This document shows positions 37,361-49,974 of a stretch of 64,000 bases of DNA, piece by piece (position 1 is the first letter of the stretch; each line of letters opens with the position of its first letter). The DNA is from Chiloscyllium plagiosum. Its lineage: Eukaryota. Position numbers and translations under genes: made by a program. The notes below the pieces were generated by a model that had not been told where the DNA came from, did not search any database, and worked only from the letters and a program-made list of their open reading frames with translations. The stretch is from the NCBI RefSeq assembly GCF_004010195.1, contig NC_057718.1, positions 79,427,721 through 79,491,720 of the forward strand. Reading direction: 5' to 3'.

Positions 37361-39715
37361 AAAAATGAATATTGTACTTATTCGCAACTTTCACAAGATG
37401 CCACAAAATTCTTTATAGCCAACAAAATAATTTGGAAGTGTTGTAACACAAGGAGGTACGGCAATTGGAAAACAGCAACATTCTATAAATAACAATGGCA
37501 GTGGCGAGGTAATCTGTTTAAGTAATGCTATTATAATAACATAATAAATATTGATCAAAACACTGTGAAGAATATCCCTACTGTTCTTTGAATAGTACCA
37601 CAAGATTGTTTGTATCTATCTTAGATGGCAGACAGATCTTAGTTTAACAGTTTATTCAAAAACCAGTACTTGCAATGTGCTCAAGTTACTAGTATAAGGT
37701 TTGACCAATTATTTCCAGATTCAGGGAAGAAATCTATACTGATGATAATTGTGAATTCTTTAGATTAAAATCTGGTAAAATGTTTTGCATGGCACCTTAA
37801 CAAATACAAATCCCTTCTAACTTTCGATATGTGAGACAATGCATGAGAAAAGCATAACTGAATGAAATAGAAATTTCCCAGCCAATTGCAGAAATCATCA
37901 CATCTATCAAGATATAAAAACAGTCATTTTATTAGTAGTCTGTTAGAAAGTTCATGGTTTTTACACTGTACTGTGTTATTTTTCTCGTTTCATTGGATTT
38001 TCGAGGCACGTGTCCCCTTCCCACCAATGCTGAATGATGTTGTAAAGGTACAATTAAATGTACCTACAGCTTGGCAATAAAGGGGAATTATTTCTGGGCA
38101 ACAGTTTTGAAAAAATGCTCGTCCTGAAATGCACCTCCATGATATTTTCTAAGTATTGATACAAGGGAATACAATCAAAAATGCAATTCAAGCAAAAAAA
38201 AACATATACTGGTGATTCTTTGAAAGGACAGCGCTACCAATTTTTAAAGGTAAAGGTTGTTGACCTTTAACCACAAAGTCCAGCTGTTGAGGTAAGGTTG
38301 AGTTCCCCTTTAAAATGAATCTATAAACCATTTATAGATGTCACTGAGGCAATAGATATGCGCGAACTGCTAATGCACTGCCAGCCCAGTCATTCATCAA
38401 AGGCACTTTCAGCTTCTCAGGGCTAGATGCAGTGCTTAGACTTTGACAAATCACCTCACTGAATGAGAACCTAACAAATCCATACAATGGTGCCACTGCT
38501 AACTGTCCAGACAGCAGGCGGCATTCAGCACATGCATTAGATTCAGTGTTAAAAAATAAATAACTACCTAATAAAACTATATGCAAGAGTTCATTGAAAT
38601 TAGATTGCTCCCCTTAGTAAGCAATCTGCAAAGGAAAGTTAATGTCTTGTAGTAGTTAAATGTACAGTGGCCTGGAGGTTTCTATTTGCTGATAAATTAT
38701 ATCCAGTGCCTGCTATAAAGGTTGACGGACTCCATTTAAATTACTGTGGCTGAACCCACTCCTGTGTCAGTATGGATTTCTTAATATAGACAGCTTGTTG
38801 TGTAATGTCCTCCTGTGGAAAGGGGAGGCCTGTCTGGCATTATGATGATACTAAATACCAAAAATAACAACTGCGTTTGAGAGGAGGGAGAGTAATGGGA
38901 ATTAGTCTAACATTTATAGCTATATAAACAAAGGGAAAATCCAATCCCCACATCAGACTAAGCTATGGTGATATATAGCCCTATCAAGAATGTCAATTCA
39001 AAAGATTATTATGACACTCAAACTAAGTGTAATAGTATTTGTTAGGAATAGGAATCTATTGAGACCTTGAGTCCCAAAGTTAACCTAGGCTGTCTGGCAG
39101 GAATAGTATGTGCTTTTTGGGAGATCCTGGATGTAGCATGAGGGAAGCCCCAGTTTTTGACCTTGTCCAACAGGTATAAGAGACTTACTCCTTGTATGGA
39201 TGAGATAAAGTGTCTGCAGGAAAGATGGCCAAACTGTAGTTTAGGAAGTCATTCAAGTGAAGGAAGCAGAAAGAAAAAGGTAGTGGTAGGAGGAGAGCTA
39301 GCATCCTTTGAGAGCAGACTTGAGCATTGCCAAGGTGAAGGACATCTTGAGTTGGCTTGAAAGGATACTGAAGAGGGAGGGGGAGGATCCAGTTGTTATG
39401 CTCCATGGTGACTTAAACAACATGAGCAATAGTAGGCAAGAGGAGGCAAGGGTTCCTGTTTAGGGAATATCAGGAATTAGAAATAAAATTCTGAAAAGTT
39501 GTAATCTCTATATTTTCATCTGAGCCACATGCAAATTGGCAAAGATATAAGAAGATTTGTGGCTAAAGGAATGAAGTGGAAAAGAGGGGTTCCATTTCAT
39601 AGGGGACTGGCATCAGTATTGGGGAAGGAACTGTACTGCCATGACGGGCTCCACCTGAATTGATCTGGGTGCAGGATCCTAGCCAAGAAACTAAATTGAG
39701 TGGTCACAAGGACTT

Positions 39716-40425
39716 TTGAACCTGTTTGTAATTTTTATTAATGACTTAGATGAGGGAGTCGAAGGGTGGGTCAGTAAATTTGCAGATGATACGAAGATAG
39801 GTGGAGTTGTGGACAGTGAGGAGGGCTGTTGTCGGCTGCAGAGGGACTTAGATATGATGCAGAGCTGGGCTGAGGAGTGGCAGATGGAGTTCAACCCTGC
39901 CAAGTGTGAGATTGTCCATTTTGGAAGAACAAATAAGAATGCGGAATACAGGGTTAATGGTAGGGTTCTTAGTCAGGTGGAGGAACAGAGGGATCTTGGG
40001 GTCTATGTACATAGATCTTTGAAGGTTGCCACTCAGGTGGATAGAGTTTGTAAGAAGGCCTATGGAGTATCATCGTTCATTAGCAGAGGGATTGAATTCA
40101 AGAGTCGTGAAGTGATGTTGCAGCTGTACAGGACCTTGGTTAGGCCACATTTGGAGTACTGTGTGCAGGTCTGGTCGCCTCACTTTAGGAAAGATGTGGA
40201 AGCCTTGGAGAGGGTGCAGAGAAGATACGTTTTCACACAGAGGGTGGTTAATGTTTGGAATGCGCTGCCTGTGGGAGTGGTAGAGTCGGAATCATTGGCG
40301 ACCTTTAAGCGGCATTTGGATAGGTACATGGATGGGTACTTAATCTAGGTTAGAAGTTCGGCACAACATCGTGGGCCGAAGGGCCTGTTCTGTGCTGTAT
40401 TGTTCTATGTTCTATGTTCTATGTT
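39716..40425 (+). mobile_element. Young 5'-truncated CR1 with (ctatgtt)n tail, nested in older CR1
   Basis: Uninterrupted 210-aa RT C-terminus (FADDTK...YCVQVWSP) with an in-frame internal deletion (ERVQRR/YVFTQR). Confidence 0.93.
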
Positions 40426-41403
40426 AAAGTGGGGGAGCAATCTGGAAAAGATTCTAGAGGGGGCCCTCTTGTGGCACAATGCTGGGGTCCCTACCCCTGG
40501 GTAGGGAGGCCTGGGTTCAAGTCCCATCTGCTTCAGAGGTGTGTCATAACATCTTGATAACAGGTAACATCTCTGAATATGTTAATTAGAAAAATATGTC
40601 AAAATGTTTTTAGAACGTGTAATAGGACAGAGGGTATAGAAAGGGTCAGGAATCTAACTTCAGGCACAGTAGGTAGGAGGACAACTATGAGAAGGAGGGC
40701 AGTCAATGCAGGACTGTGGGTGTTGAGTTAAATGCACACAGTATATGAAACAAAGTAAATGAACATATAATGCAGATTTAAATTGGCAGGTACAATGTTC
40801 TGGGTATCGCAGAGACATAGTTGCAAAGAAATCAGGGCTGGGAACCAAATATCTAATGTTTTGTACCCTATCGAAAGGACAGGCAGATGGGCAGAGGGGA
40901 TGGGTTTACTTTGTAAGTAAGAAATTAAATTAAATCAACAACAAGAAACAATATAGGGTCAGAAGGTCTAGAACCTGTGTGAGTAGAGAAGAGGGCGTGC
41001 AAAGAAAGAAAAGACCCTGATGGGAGTTAGGTACAGGCTTCCTAGCAGTAGCCAGGATGTGGATCAGAAAATAAATTAGGAGATAGAAAAGCCGTGTAAG
41101 AAAAGCATTATTAGATTTCAATTTGCAAGTGGACTGGGAAATTGAAGTTGGTAGTTGATCCCAAAAAAGGAATTAGTGGAATGTAGACAGGATGTTTTTT
41201 CTTTGGAGCAGCATATTGGAGAGCCCACTAGGGAACAGTCAATTCTGGATTCGGTGATGGGTAATGAAGCATAATTGATTAGGCAGCTTAAAGTGAAAGA
41301 ATCCCTGAGGGGATGGTGACCATAATATGATAGAATTCACTCTGCAATTTGAGAGGGAGAAACTGGAATCAGATGTAACAATATTACAACTGAATAAAGC
41401 TAA

Positions 41404-42185
41404 TGTAATAACCCCTACAAGGCCCCATGGGGAGTCACGAACTAATCTCCTCGTGGAGTTCACTGTGTATGGCAATGCTATAGGCAATGACCTGCTCAGC
41501 TGGAACTCATCACCTGAGCCAGTGTCCCTCCTCCTGAGCCAGAAAGCCTGGGTTCAAGTCCCACCTGCTCCAAAGGAGTCTTGCTGAACATCTCTGATTA
41601 GAAAAATCATTTTTAAAAAAAAGCAGACCCAACTCCTCCATCACTTTGATGGCTTGTTTTGCCCATTGGTTTGGTAGTTAACAATTAAAAACAAAAAGTA
41701 AGGGTAAGTTGTTCACTGTAAGAGCACTTCTGGATATAAACTAAACAAAACAAAGCAGACTCAAGGGTTCATGTAGTGCAGTAGTAGTGTCCAAATCTCT
41801 CAACCAGGTGGCCTGGGTTCAATATCCACGTGGTCCAGAGGTGTGTAATAATAACACCTTTGAACCTGCTGATGGTTTGCATTGTTTGTAATGTGCTGTG
41901 CATATAAGTATTCAATTGGCTACACGGGTGAGTTACTGGAAGTGATTAGAGTTGAAAACGAAAATAGTCACAGTAATTTGATAATGGAAAAAAACTTTTG
42001 TTATGTGTGATAGCATTTCTGCGTATCAAAAAAAGGGAAACAAAAAAGTGCAGACCCACTGATAGCTTGTAGAACTGTGTATTCCAGGCTGGGACAAGCC
42101 CATGTAAGCCACAAAGATCAATTCTATTTTGCTATTCAACAATAAGTGGTGTTCTTTTCCTATCAGGCTTTCCTGAGATATTATA
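41404..42185 (+). mobile_element. Solo LTR inserted in old CR1
   Basis: Termini tgtaata...tattata (one mismatch from a perfect inverted repeat); flanks gctaa/ggtaa; CR1 sequence resumes across it. Confidence 0.7.
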
Positions 42186-42262
42186 GGTAACTACAAAGAC
42201 ATGAGAGAGGAGCTGGCCAGAGTTGATTAGAAGGGAACCGAAAGAACTATGGATACTGTAAA

Positions 42263-42365
42263 TCAGAAACAAAAACAGAAGTTGTGGGAAAAACTCAGCA
42301 GGTCTGGCAGCATCTGTGAAGAGAAATCAGAGTTAATGTTTTTGGTCCAGTGACCCTTCCTCAAC
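42263..42365 (-). mobile_element. Old Penelope pLTR fragment with degenerate hammerhead (similar copy at about 52545-52650, +)
   Basis: Minus strand reads tgaggaagggtcactggaccaaaaacattaac...cagatgctgccagacctgctgag. Confidence 0.65.
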
Positions 42366-45300
42366 TCATTGGAAGGGAAACAGACCAGGGAAGACAGCAG
42401 AGCAGCAATGGCAGGAGCTTCTGGGTGTAATTCAGGAAGCACAGCAGACATTCATCCCAAGGAAGAAGAAAGAAGAAGATGATGCAACCGTGGCTGACAA
42501 GGATCATGTAATACAGTGTTAGTCTCCTTACCTCTGACCCAGGAGGCACAAGTTCAAGTCCACCCTGCAATAGAGGTGCATCGTAACATCTCTGAACAAG
42601 TTGATTAAAAATACTTCCAAATGCAAACAAAAAAAAATGCAGTGGTGAAAATTAGTGGGAAGCCAGAGAATTTGAAAACCTTTAAAAACAAGCAGAGGAT
42701 AACTAAATAAAACAATAAGAGGGAAAAAAGATGAAATATGAGGTAAGCTAGCTAGTAATATGGAAGAAAATTGCAAGAGTTTTATTTAGATATCTAAAAG
42801 GTAAGAGAGAGGAAAGAGTGGACATTGGACAATAGACACATGAGGTTGGAGGAACTGAATAGCTACTTTGCATCAGTCTTCCACGTGGAAGACACCAATA
42901 GCATATCAGAACTTCAAGAGAGTCAGAGGACATCGGTGAGTGTAGTGGTCATTATTAAGGAGAAGGTGTTGGGGAAGCTGAAAGGTCTGAAGGTGGATAA
43001 ATAACCTGGACCAGATGGAATACAACTCAGAGTTCTGAAGGAGATAGCTGAGGAGATTGTGGAGGTATTCGAGATGATCTTTCAGGAATCACTGTTGTCA
43101 GGGAGGATCCTGAAAAATGGTTATTGTAATTCCCTTGTTTAAGAAGGGAGAGAAGACAGAAGTCAGAAAATTATAGACCAGTTAGCCTGACCTTTGGTTA
43201 TTGGTAAGATTTTCGAGTCGATTATTAAAGATGAGGTTACAGAGTCCTTGAAAGTACACAGTAAAATCGGGCTGAGTCAGTCTAGCTTTGTCAAGGGGAG
43301 ATCATGCCTGAGACATCTGTTTGAATTCTATGAGGAGGCAATAAGCAAGTAGACAAAGGAGAGCCAGTGAATGTGATCTATTTGGATTTCCAGAAGGCCT
43401 TTGACAAAGTGACACACAGGCGGCTGCTAAATAAGATAGGAGTCCACAGTTGTTGGGCGAAAGGTATTAGCACTGATAAAAAGATTGGGTGCATAAGAAG
43501 GATAAATGGGTCTTTTTCAGGATGGCAGCTGGTGACTAGTGGAGTTCTGCAAGGGTCCATGTGGCACCACAACATTCATGATATACATTAACAATCTCAA
43601 CGAAGGACCTGAGGGCTTTGTCGCTAGGTTTGCAGATGCCACAAAGGCAGATGGAGGGACAGGTAATGTTGAGGAGGTGCAGAGGCCGCAAAAGGAGCAA
43701 GGAGAGTGGTCAGAATTGGCAGATGGAATATAATGTGGGAAAGTGTGACACCATGCACTTTGGCAGGAAGAATAGAGGCATAGATTATTTTTTAAATGGA
43801 GAAAGGCTTTGAAAATCTGAAAGGGACTTAGGAATCATATTTCAGGATTTTTTTAAGATTAACATGCAGGTTTAGTTGGTAGTCAGGAATTACAACATTC
43901 CAATTACAACATTGGAATTCATTTTGAGAGACGAGAAAAAAAGAGCAAAGATATACTGGTGAGGTTGTATAAGGCTTAGGTTTGACTGAATTTGGAATAT
44001 TGAGAGTAGTTTTGGGGCCTGTATCCAATGAAGAATGTGCTGGCCTTGCAGGGGAACCAGAGGAAATTCACAAGAATGATCCCGGGAATGAAGGGTTTGT
44101 CATAGAGGAGCAGTTGAGGTCTCTAGATCTGTACTCAGTGGGGTTTTAAAGGATTGGGGGTGGGAGGGTGGGGTCTAACTGAAGCTTATGAGTACTAAAA
44201 GGCCTGGATAGTGTGCACATGGAGAAAATGTTTCCACTGAGGAGAGAAACTAAGTTCAAGGAGACAGCGTCAGTGAAGGGACGACCCTTTATAACTAAGA
44301 CGAGGAGGAATTTCTTAGTCAGAGTGTAGTGAATCTCTGGAACTCATTGCTGCAGAAGGTTGTCGAGGCCAAGGTGTCTTTAAGACAGATACATAGATTA
44401 GTTCGTGATCAAGGGTTACAGAGAGAAATTAGGAGAATGGGGTAAAGAAACATATCAGCTGTGATCAAATGGTGGAGCAGTTTTAATGGGCTGAATGGCC
44501 TAATTCTCCTTTATCTTATGTTTATACGGATAGGGAGGAGAGTGAGGGGATTAAAATCAGATGTGAAAGTCAGGTCTCCATTCTCACACGGAGCGCCATT
44601 TGCTTTGGAGGTACAGTGTATTTTTGCTCCAGAGCAGATATTTGATACAGGCAATTAAGGGCCTAATTACAATGTCAAAGACTTGCTCCAGCGTCATCAT
44701 CTGAGTGCACAGACTGTTTAGACTGAAGACTGGTGAAAGCTCGCTCGTCCTGAGCCTGCCAGTAAAACTTAACAGCAGGCAAATTCCAGGTCTGCAGATA
44801 CCTGAAGCCAACTCCAGTTCGTTGGTTATTTATAGAAGATGAGTGCAACTCGTAGTCTTGCAAGAATAGCTTGAGTCTAGGCTTGCCTCTCTCCCACAGC
44901 TGATATACTTGGCTGCCGGGCAGTATCTGTTAAACAGATTACCTTCTGCATCAGCTCATCCACACCACACTCCCAGATTAAAAGTTGGAGTAGTTTGTTC
45001 CTGATGTCTAAAGAATGATTGGTTATAAATTGGACCAATTTGGAAGTCAGATACATACAGATATCGTCCTTCCTTGCAAATAGGGGACACACTATCCTTA
45101 CAGGCACATTATGTTACTTCCAGCCAATTATTCCCATCCTGGAATTTGTTCAAATTATTCAAGATGCTTTTCTTTTGAATACTTAAAACTCTGGTTGCTT
45201 CAACTTTCTATTCCTTTGCAGTACAATTCCCCCAAGTCATTTTGACCCCTTTTATTTCTGTATAGATGTAACTTATTGGGAACTTAGCAACTGGAGTAGG

Positions 45301-45664
45301 CCATGCAGCCCTTCAAATCTATCCCACCATTAAATTAGATTATGTTTGGTCTGTATCATACCTCCATATAAAGCATCCAACATTTTCTGAAAAAAAAGTC
45401 CAGCCAAAGAAATTATAATGTTAAATATATCCATTAAAGACCCAACTGACATGACTCCCAAACTCAGGATATTTCAAAGCATTTTACAGCTAACTTTGCA
45501 CTTTTCCAAGGCATGGTCACTATAATGGAAAAAACCTGGCACCAATTTGTACGTGGCAAGGTTCCCATATATCAACAATATGATAGTGACTGGATAATGA
45601 GTTTTACTGATATTGGTTGAAGAATAAATATTGGGTATTTTCTTAAATATTGGGACTCTTTCTT

Positions 45665-47330
45665 AGAGTCATAGTCATAGAGTCATAGAGATGTACAGCA
45701 TGTGAACAGACCCTTTGGTCCAACTTTTTTATGCCAACCAGATATCCCAACCTAATCTAGTCCCACCTGCCAGCACCTGGCCCATATCCCTCCAAACGCT
45801 TCCTACTCATATACCCATCCAGATGCCTTTTAAATGTTGCAGTTGTACCAGCCTCCACCACTTCCTCTTCAGCTCATTCCATACACGTTCCACCCTCTGT
45901 GTGAAAAAATTGTCCCGTAGGCCTTTTTTATAACTTTCCCCTCTCACCCTAAATCTATGCCCTCTAGTTCTGGAACCCCGTCCACCCCCAACCACCCCAT
46001 CCTTGTAAATCTTTTCTGAACCCTTTCAAGTTTCACAACATCTTTCCGATAGGAAGGAGACCAGAATTGCAGGCAATATTCCAACAGTGGCCTAACCAAT
46101 GTCTTGTACAGCCGCAACATGACCTCCCAACTCCTGTACTCAATACTCTGTCCAATAAAAGAAAGCATACCAAACACCACCTTCACTATCCTACCTACCT
46201 GTGACTCCACTTTCAAGGATCTACGAACCTGCACTTCAAGGTCTCCTTGTTCAGCAACACTCCCCAGGACCTTACCGTTAAGTGTATAAGTCCTGCTAAG
46301 ATTTGCTTTCCCAAAATGTAGCACCTTGCATTTATCTGAATTAAACTCCATCTGCCACTTCTTAGCCCATTGGCCCATCTGGTCAACATCCTGTTGTAAT
46401 CTGAGGTAACCTTCTTTGCTGTCCAATACACCTCCAATTTTGATGTCATCTACAAACTTACTAACTATATCTCTTATGTTCGCGTCCAAATCATTTATGT
46501 AAATGACAAAAAGTAGAGGATCCAGCACCAATCCTTGTGGCAGTCCACTGGTCACAGGCTTCCAGTCTGAAAAACAACCCTCCACCACCACCCTCTGTCT
46601 TCTACCTTTTGAGCCAGTTCTGTATCCAAATGGCTCGTTCTCCCGTATTCCGTGAGATATAACCTTGCTAACCAGTCTCCCATGGGGAATCTTGTTGAAT
46701 GCCTTACTGAAGTCCATATAGATCATATCTACTGCTCTGCCCTCATCAATCCTCTTTGTTACTTCTTCAAAAAACTCAATCCAGTTTGTGAGACATGGTT
46801 TCCTACACACAAAGCCATATTCACTATCCGTAATCAATCTTTGCCTTTCCAAATACATGTACATCCTGTCCCTCAGGATTCCCTCCAACAACTTGCCCAC
46901 CACCGACGTCAGGCTCACTGGTCTATAGTTCCCTGGCTTGTCCATACCATCCTTCTTAAAGAGTGGCATCATGTTAGCCAACCTCCAGTCTTCTGGCACC
47001 TCACCTGTGACTATGCATGATACCAATATCTCAGCAAGGGGCCCAGCAATCACTTTCCTAGCTTCCCACAGAGTTCTAGGGTACACCTGATCAGGTCCTG
47101 TGGATTTATCCACTTTTATGCATTTCAAGATGTCCAACAATTCCTGCTCTGTAATATGGACATTTTTCAAACTATCACCATCTATTTCCCTACACTCTAT
47201 ATCTTCCATGTCCTTTTCCAGAGTAAACATTGATGCAAAATACTCGTTTAGTATCTCCCTCATCTCCTGCGATTCCACATAAAGGCTGCCTTGCTGATCT
47301 TTGAGGGGCTCTATTCTTTCACTAGTTTAC
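45665..47330 (-). mobile_element. 5'-truncated CR1 with open RT domain
   Basis: 444-aa ORF 45944-47278 (GNYRPVSLTS, DFSKAF, FVDDIK) and (agtcatag)n tail. Confidence 0.95.
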
Positions 47331-48442
47331 TTAAAATTTTAAACATTCCCAGAGGGAAGGATAGGGCCTCAGTTAAACTTCTTATGCACCCTTGAAGGTG
47401 AGGCCTCCTCCTTCAGTACTTTATTGGATTTTCTGCTCAAATCTCTGCAGTGGGATTTTAACTCACAATTAAATAGCCCAGAGGCAAGAGTACTAATAAT
47501 AAAGCCATGGCTGAAATCAGGAATGAAGGCATCACTTGGTTGTCCAAGGCCTTCCTGTGGTTCACTCCAACTAAAAACAAATTGAGCAACTGTGAATTCA
47601 AAGAATAAATTTTTTCCATGGAGCTAACTGAAGTAAAACATCAGTTGAGCAATCATTGCCATCCAAATTAAACCATCTGCATGATATGCAGCGATTACAG
47701 TGGTTAAATTGCTGCACTCAAAGAGAGGTCCTTCAGAAAAACTGCATTTAAGTGCTGCTTGTTTCTTCACAAAAGGCTTCAGAAAGCAAGAGAAAGCTAA
47801 GTTGATTTTAAATGACTCAATTGTAAATTCACAAACCTGTTAATTCATTCACCGAACAAGATTTAAAGAAAGACTGCTGAAGAGAGGTCTTACATTGTGT
47901 CTAAATCATGGGAATCTAACAACTGGAACAGCATAATGTAGACCTAATTATCTTTCTTTTTCAGATCCCACCATGTTACTCAATCAGTGTGCTGTACATT
48001 GTCTGCCAATTCCAGAAATTGCTGCTGTGCATGGACCTCAAACATCCATGGTCCAAGATAAAGAAAACACAGAGAATATCACAGAGACCTTATTGAAGTC
48101 TGTAAGAATCTTTGGGCCTTAATAAGTAGATACAGAGAGATTGTATTCCCTTATGGAAGAGTCTAGGTGCAGAATAAGGGGTCATCTATTTAAGACAGAC
48201 ATGAAGAGGATTTTTTTTTCTCTCAAAACAGAGGGAATCTATGTAATTCTTTATAACAGACAGCAGGTGAGCTGGAATGTTAAGTTTATTCATAGTTGAG
48301 ATAGACAGATTTTTAATTGGTAAGGGAATAAGTGATTTAGGGCATAAGTCAGGAAGGTGGAGTTGAGGTTTATCAGATCAGCCTAGATATTTACAGCACA
48401 GGAAATGGCCCTTTGGTCCATCATATCCATGCTGGCCAAAAC

Positions 48443-49430
48443 CATGGTGGCTCAGTGGTTAGCACTGCTGCATCACAGCGCCAGGGAGCTAGGTTTGATT
48501 CTACCCACAGGTGAATATGTAGAGTTTGCACATTCTCTCTGTGTCTGCATGGGTTTCTTCCCACAGTCCAAAAATGTGCAGGTTGGATGTATTGGCTATG
48601 CTAAATTGCACATAATGTCCAGGGATGTGCAGGCTTGGTGGATTGGCCGTGGGAAATGCAGAGTCGAAAAGTGTGGCTCTGAAAAGTACACTAGGTCAGG
48701 CATCATACAAGCAGCAGGAGAGTCGACATTTTGGGCACAGATAGGTGAGAAGAAAGATGGACAGGTGGACAATTCAAGAGAGTGGTATCGAGTTGGAGGG
48801 TTGGATCAGGGATGAGGTTGGGGGAGCGGAGAGTAGGAAACTAGTGAAGTTGATGTTGATGCCGTGTGGTTGAAGGGTCTTAAGGCGTAAGATGAGGTGT
48901 TCTTTCTCCAGTCATTGGGTGGCTTGGATTTGGCAGTTGAGGAGGTCCAAGATTTGTATGTCCTTGGTGGAGTGGGAGGGCGAGTTGAAATGGTGGGCCA
49001 CAAGGTAGTGGGTTCGTTTAGTGTGTGTGTCCTTGGATTGTTCCCTGAAGCATTATGTGACTTGGCGTCATGTCACCCCAACGTAGAGGAGACAACATCA
49101 AGAGCAGTGGACACATGAGGTGAGTGGATGTGCAGGAAAATTTCTGTCAGATGTGAAAAGATCCTTTGGGCCCTTGGACGGAGTTGCGGGGGGAGGTATG
49201 GGCACAGGTTTTACACTTTTTGCGGCGGCAAGAGAAGGTACCGGGTGTGGAAGGTGATTGGTGAGAGTTGTGGACCTAATGAGGGAGTCACTGAGGGAAT
49301 GGTCTTTGGAAATGCAGGGTTACAAGGATTGGGTAGAGAAACAGGTCTGGGTGGGATGATCTTCAGTGGATTGATATGGACTCGATGGACTGAATGGCCT
49401 GCTTCCACATTGTAGAGATTGTATGATTCT
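48443..49430 (+). mobile_element. HE1-like SINE split by a Penelope insertion
   Basis: Head at 48443-48661, tail at 49308-49430. Confidence 0.82.
48662..49307 (-). mobile_element. Penelope-like element fragment (GIY-YIG region plus pLTR)
   Basis: Degenerate C..C.LLYVG and LEKEHLILRLKTLQPHGINI motifs. TSD ggaaatgcag at 48652-48661 and 49308-49317. Confidence 0.85.
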
Positions 49431-49974
49431 ATTAACCTATTTTCCAGCACACAGTTCATTGCCTCGTATGCCTTGCCTTTGCAAGTATACACCTAAATAT
49501 GAGGAGATGATGAACCTAATGGTATTATGACTGGATTGTTAATCCAGAGAACCAGGAAATGTTGGGGACTTGAGTTTGAATCCCTCCACAGCAGATGCTG
49601 GAATTTGAATTTAATTTAAAAAATCTGGAATTAAGAGTCTCATGACACCATGAATCCATTGTACATTGTCGAAAAACCTAACTGGTTCACTAATGTCCTT
49701 TTGGGAAGGAAACTGCCATTCTTATTTGGTCGGTCTACATACGATTCCAGACTTGCTAAAATTTGGTGAACTCTTGATTGCCTTTTGGACAATTAGGGAT
49801 GGGCAATAAATGCTGGCCTAGCCAGTGATGCCCTCATTTTGTGAATGAATTAAACAAACCTTAGTAAACTCAATGAACAAAATGACCTACTTCTGCTCTT
49901 ACATCTTATGGTCTTATGGTGAAACACCAAATATGAGAAGCCAATGAAGCTTCTATGATGGAACAGTTCTTACA

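Larger units (their letters stand above)
40460..42615 (+). repeat. Four copies of a short (about 110-140 bp) tRNA-like SINE (about 40460-40600, 41515-41625, 41765-41875, 42510-42615)
   Basis: Each has tagtgtccctacc.ctg..cca.g.ggcctgggttcaagtccca..tgc.ccagaggtgtgt.ataacatctctgaa. Confidence 0.75.
39060..44520 (+). mobile_element. Old near full-length CR1 LINE carrying several nested insertions
   Basis: ORF1 esterase remnant (DGLHLN..G near 39645), endonuclease remnant 40700-41400, RT motifs (YRPVSLT, IYLDFQKAFDKV, FADATK) 43160-43650, 3' end near 44520. Confidence 0.85.

Noticed and set aside
44584..45107. Short minus-strand ORFs as additional parkin exons (also 55408-55704)
   Set aside because: No similarity to parkin exon 9 or 11 peptides and no convincing splice-site pair.
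45944..47278. 444-aa ORF as a host gene or active element
   Set aside because: 5'-truncated CR1 RT lacking the endonuclease, with altered motifs and a 3' deletion.
47966..48101. Plus-strand exon candidate (ttttcag ... gtaag)
   Set aside because: No recognisable protein, antisense to PRKN, and the apparent donor lies inside a CR1 fragment.
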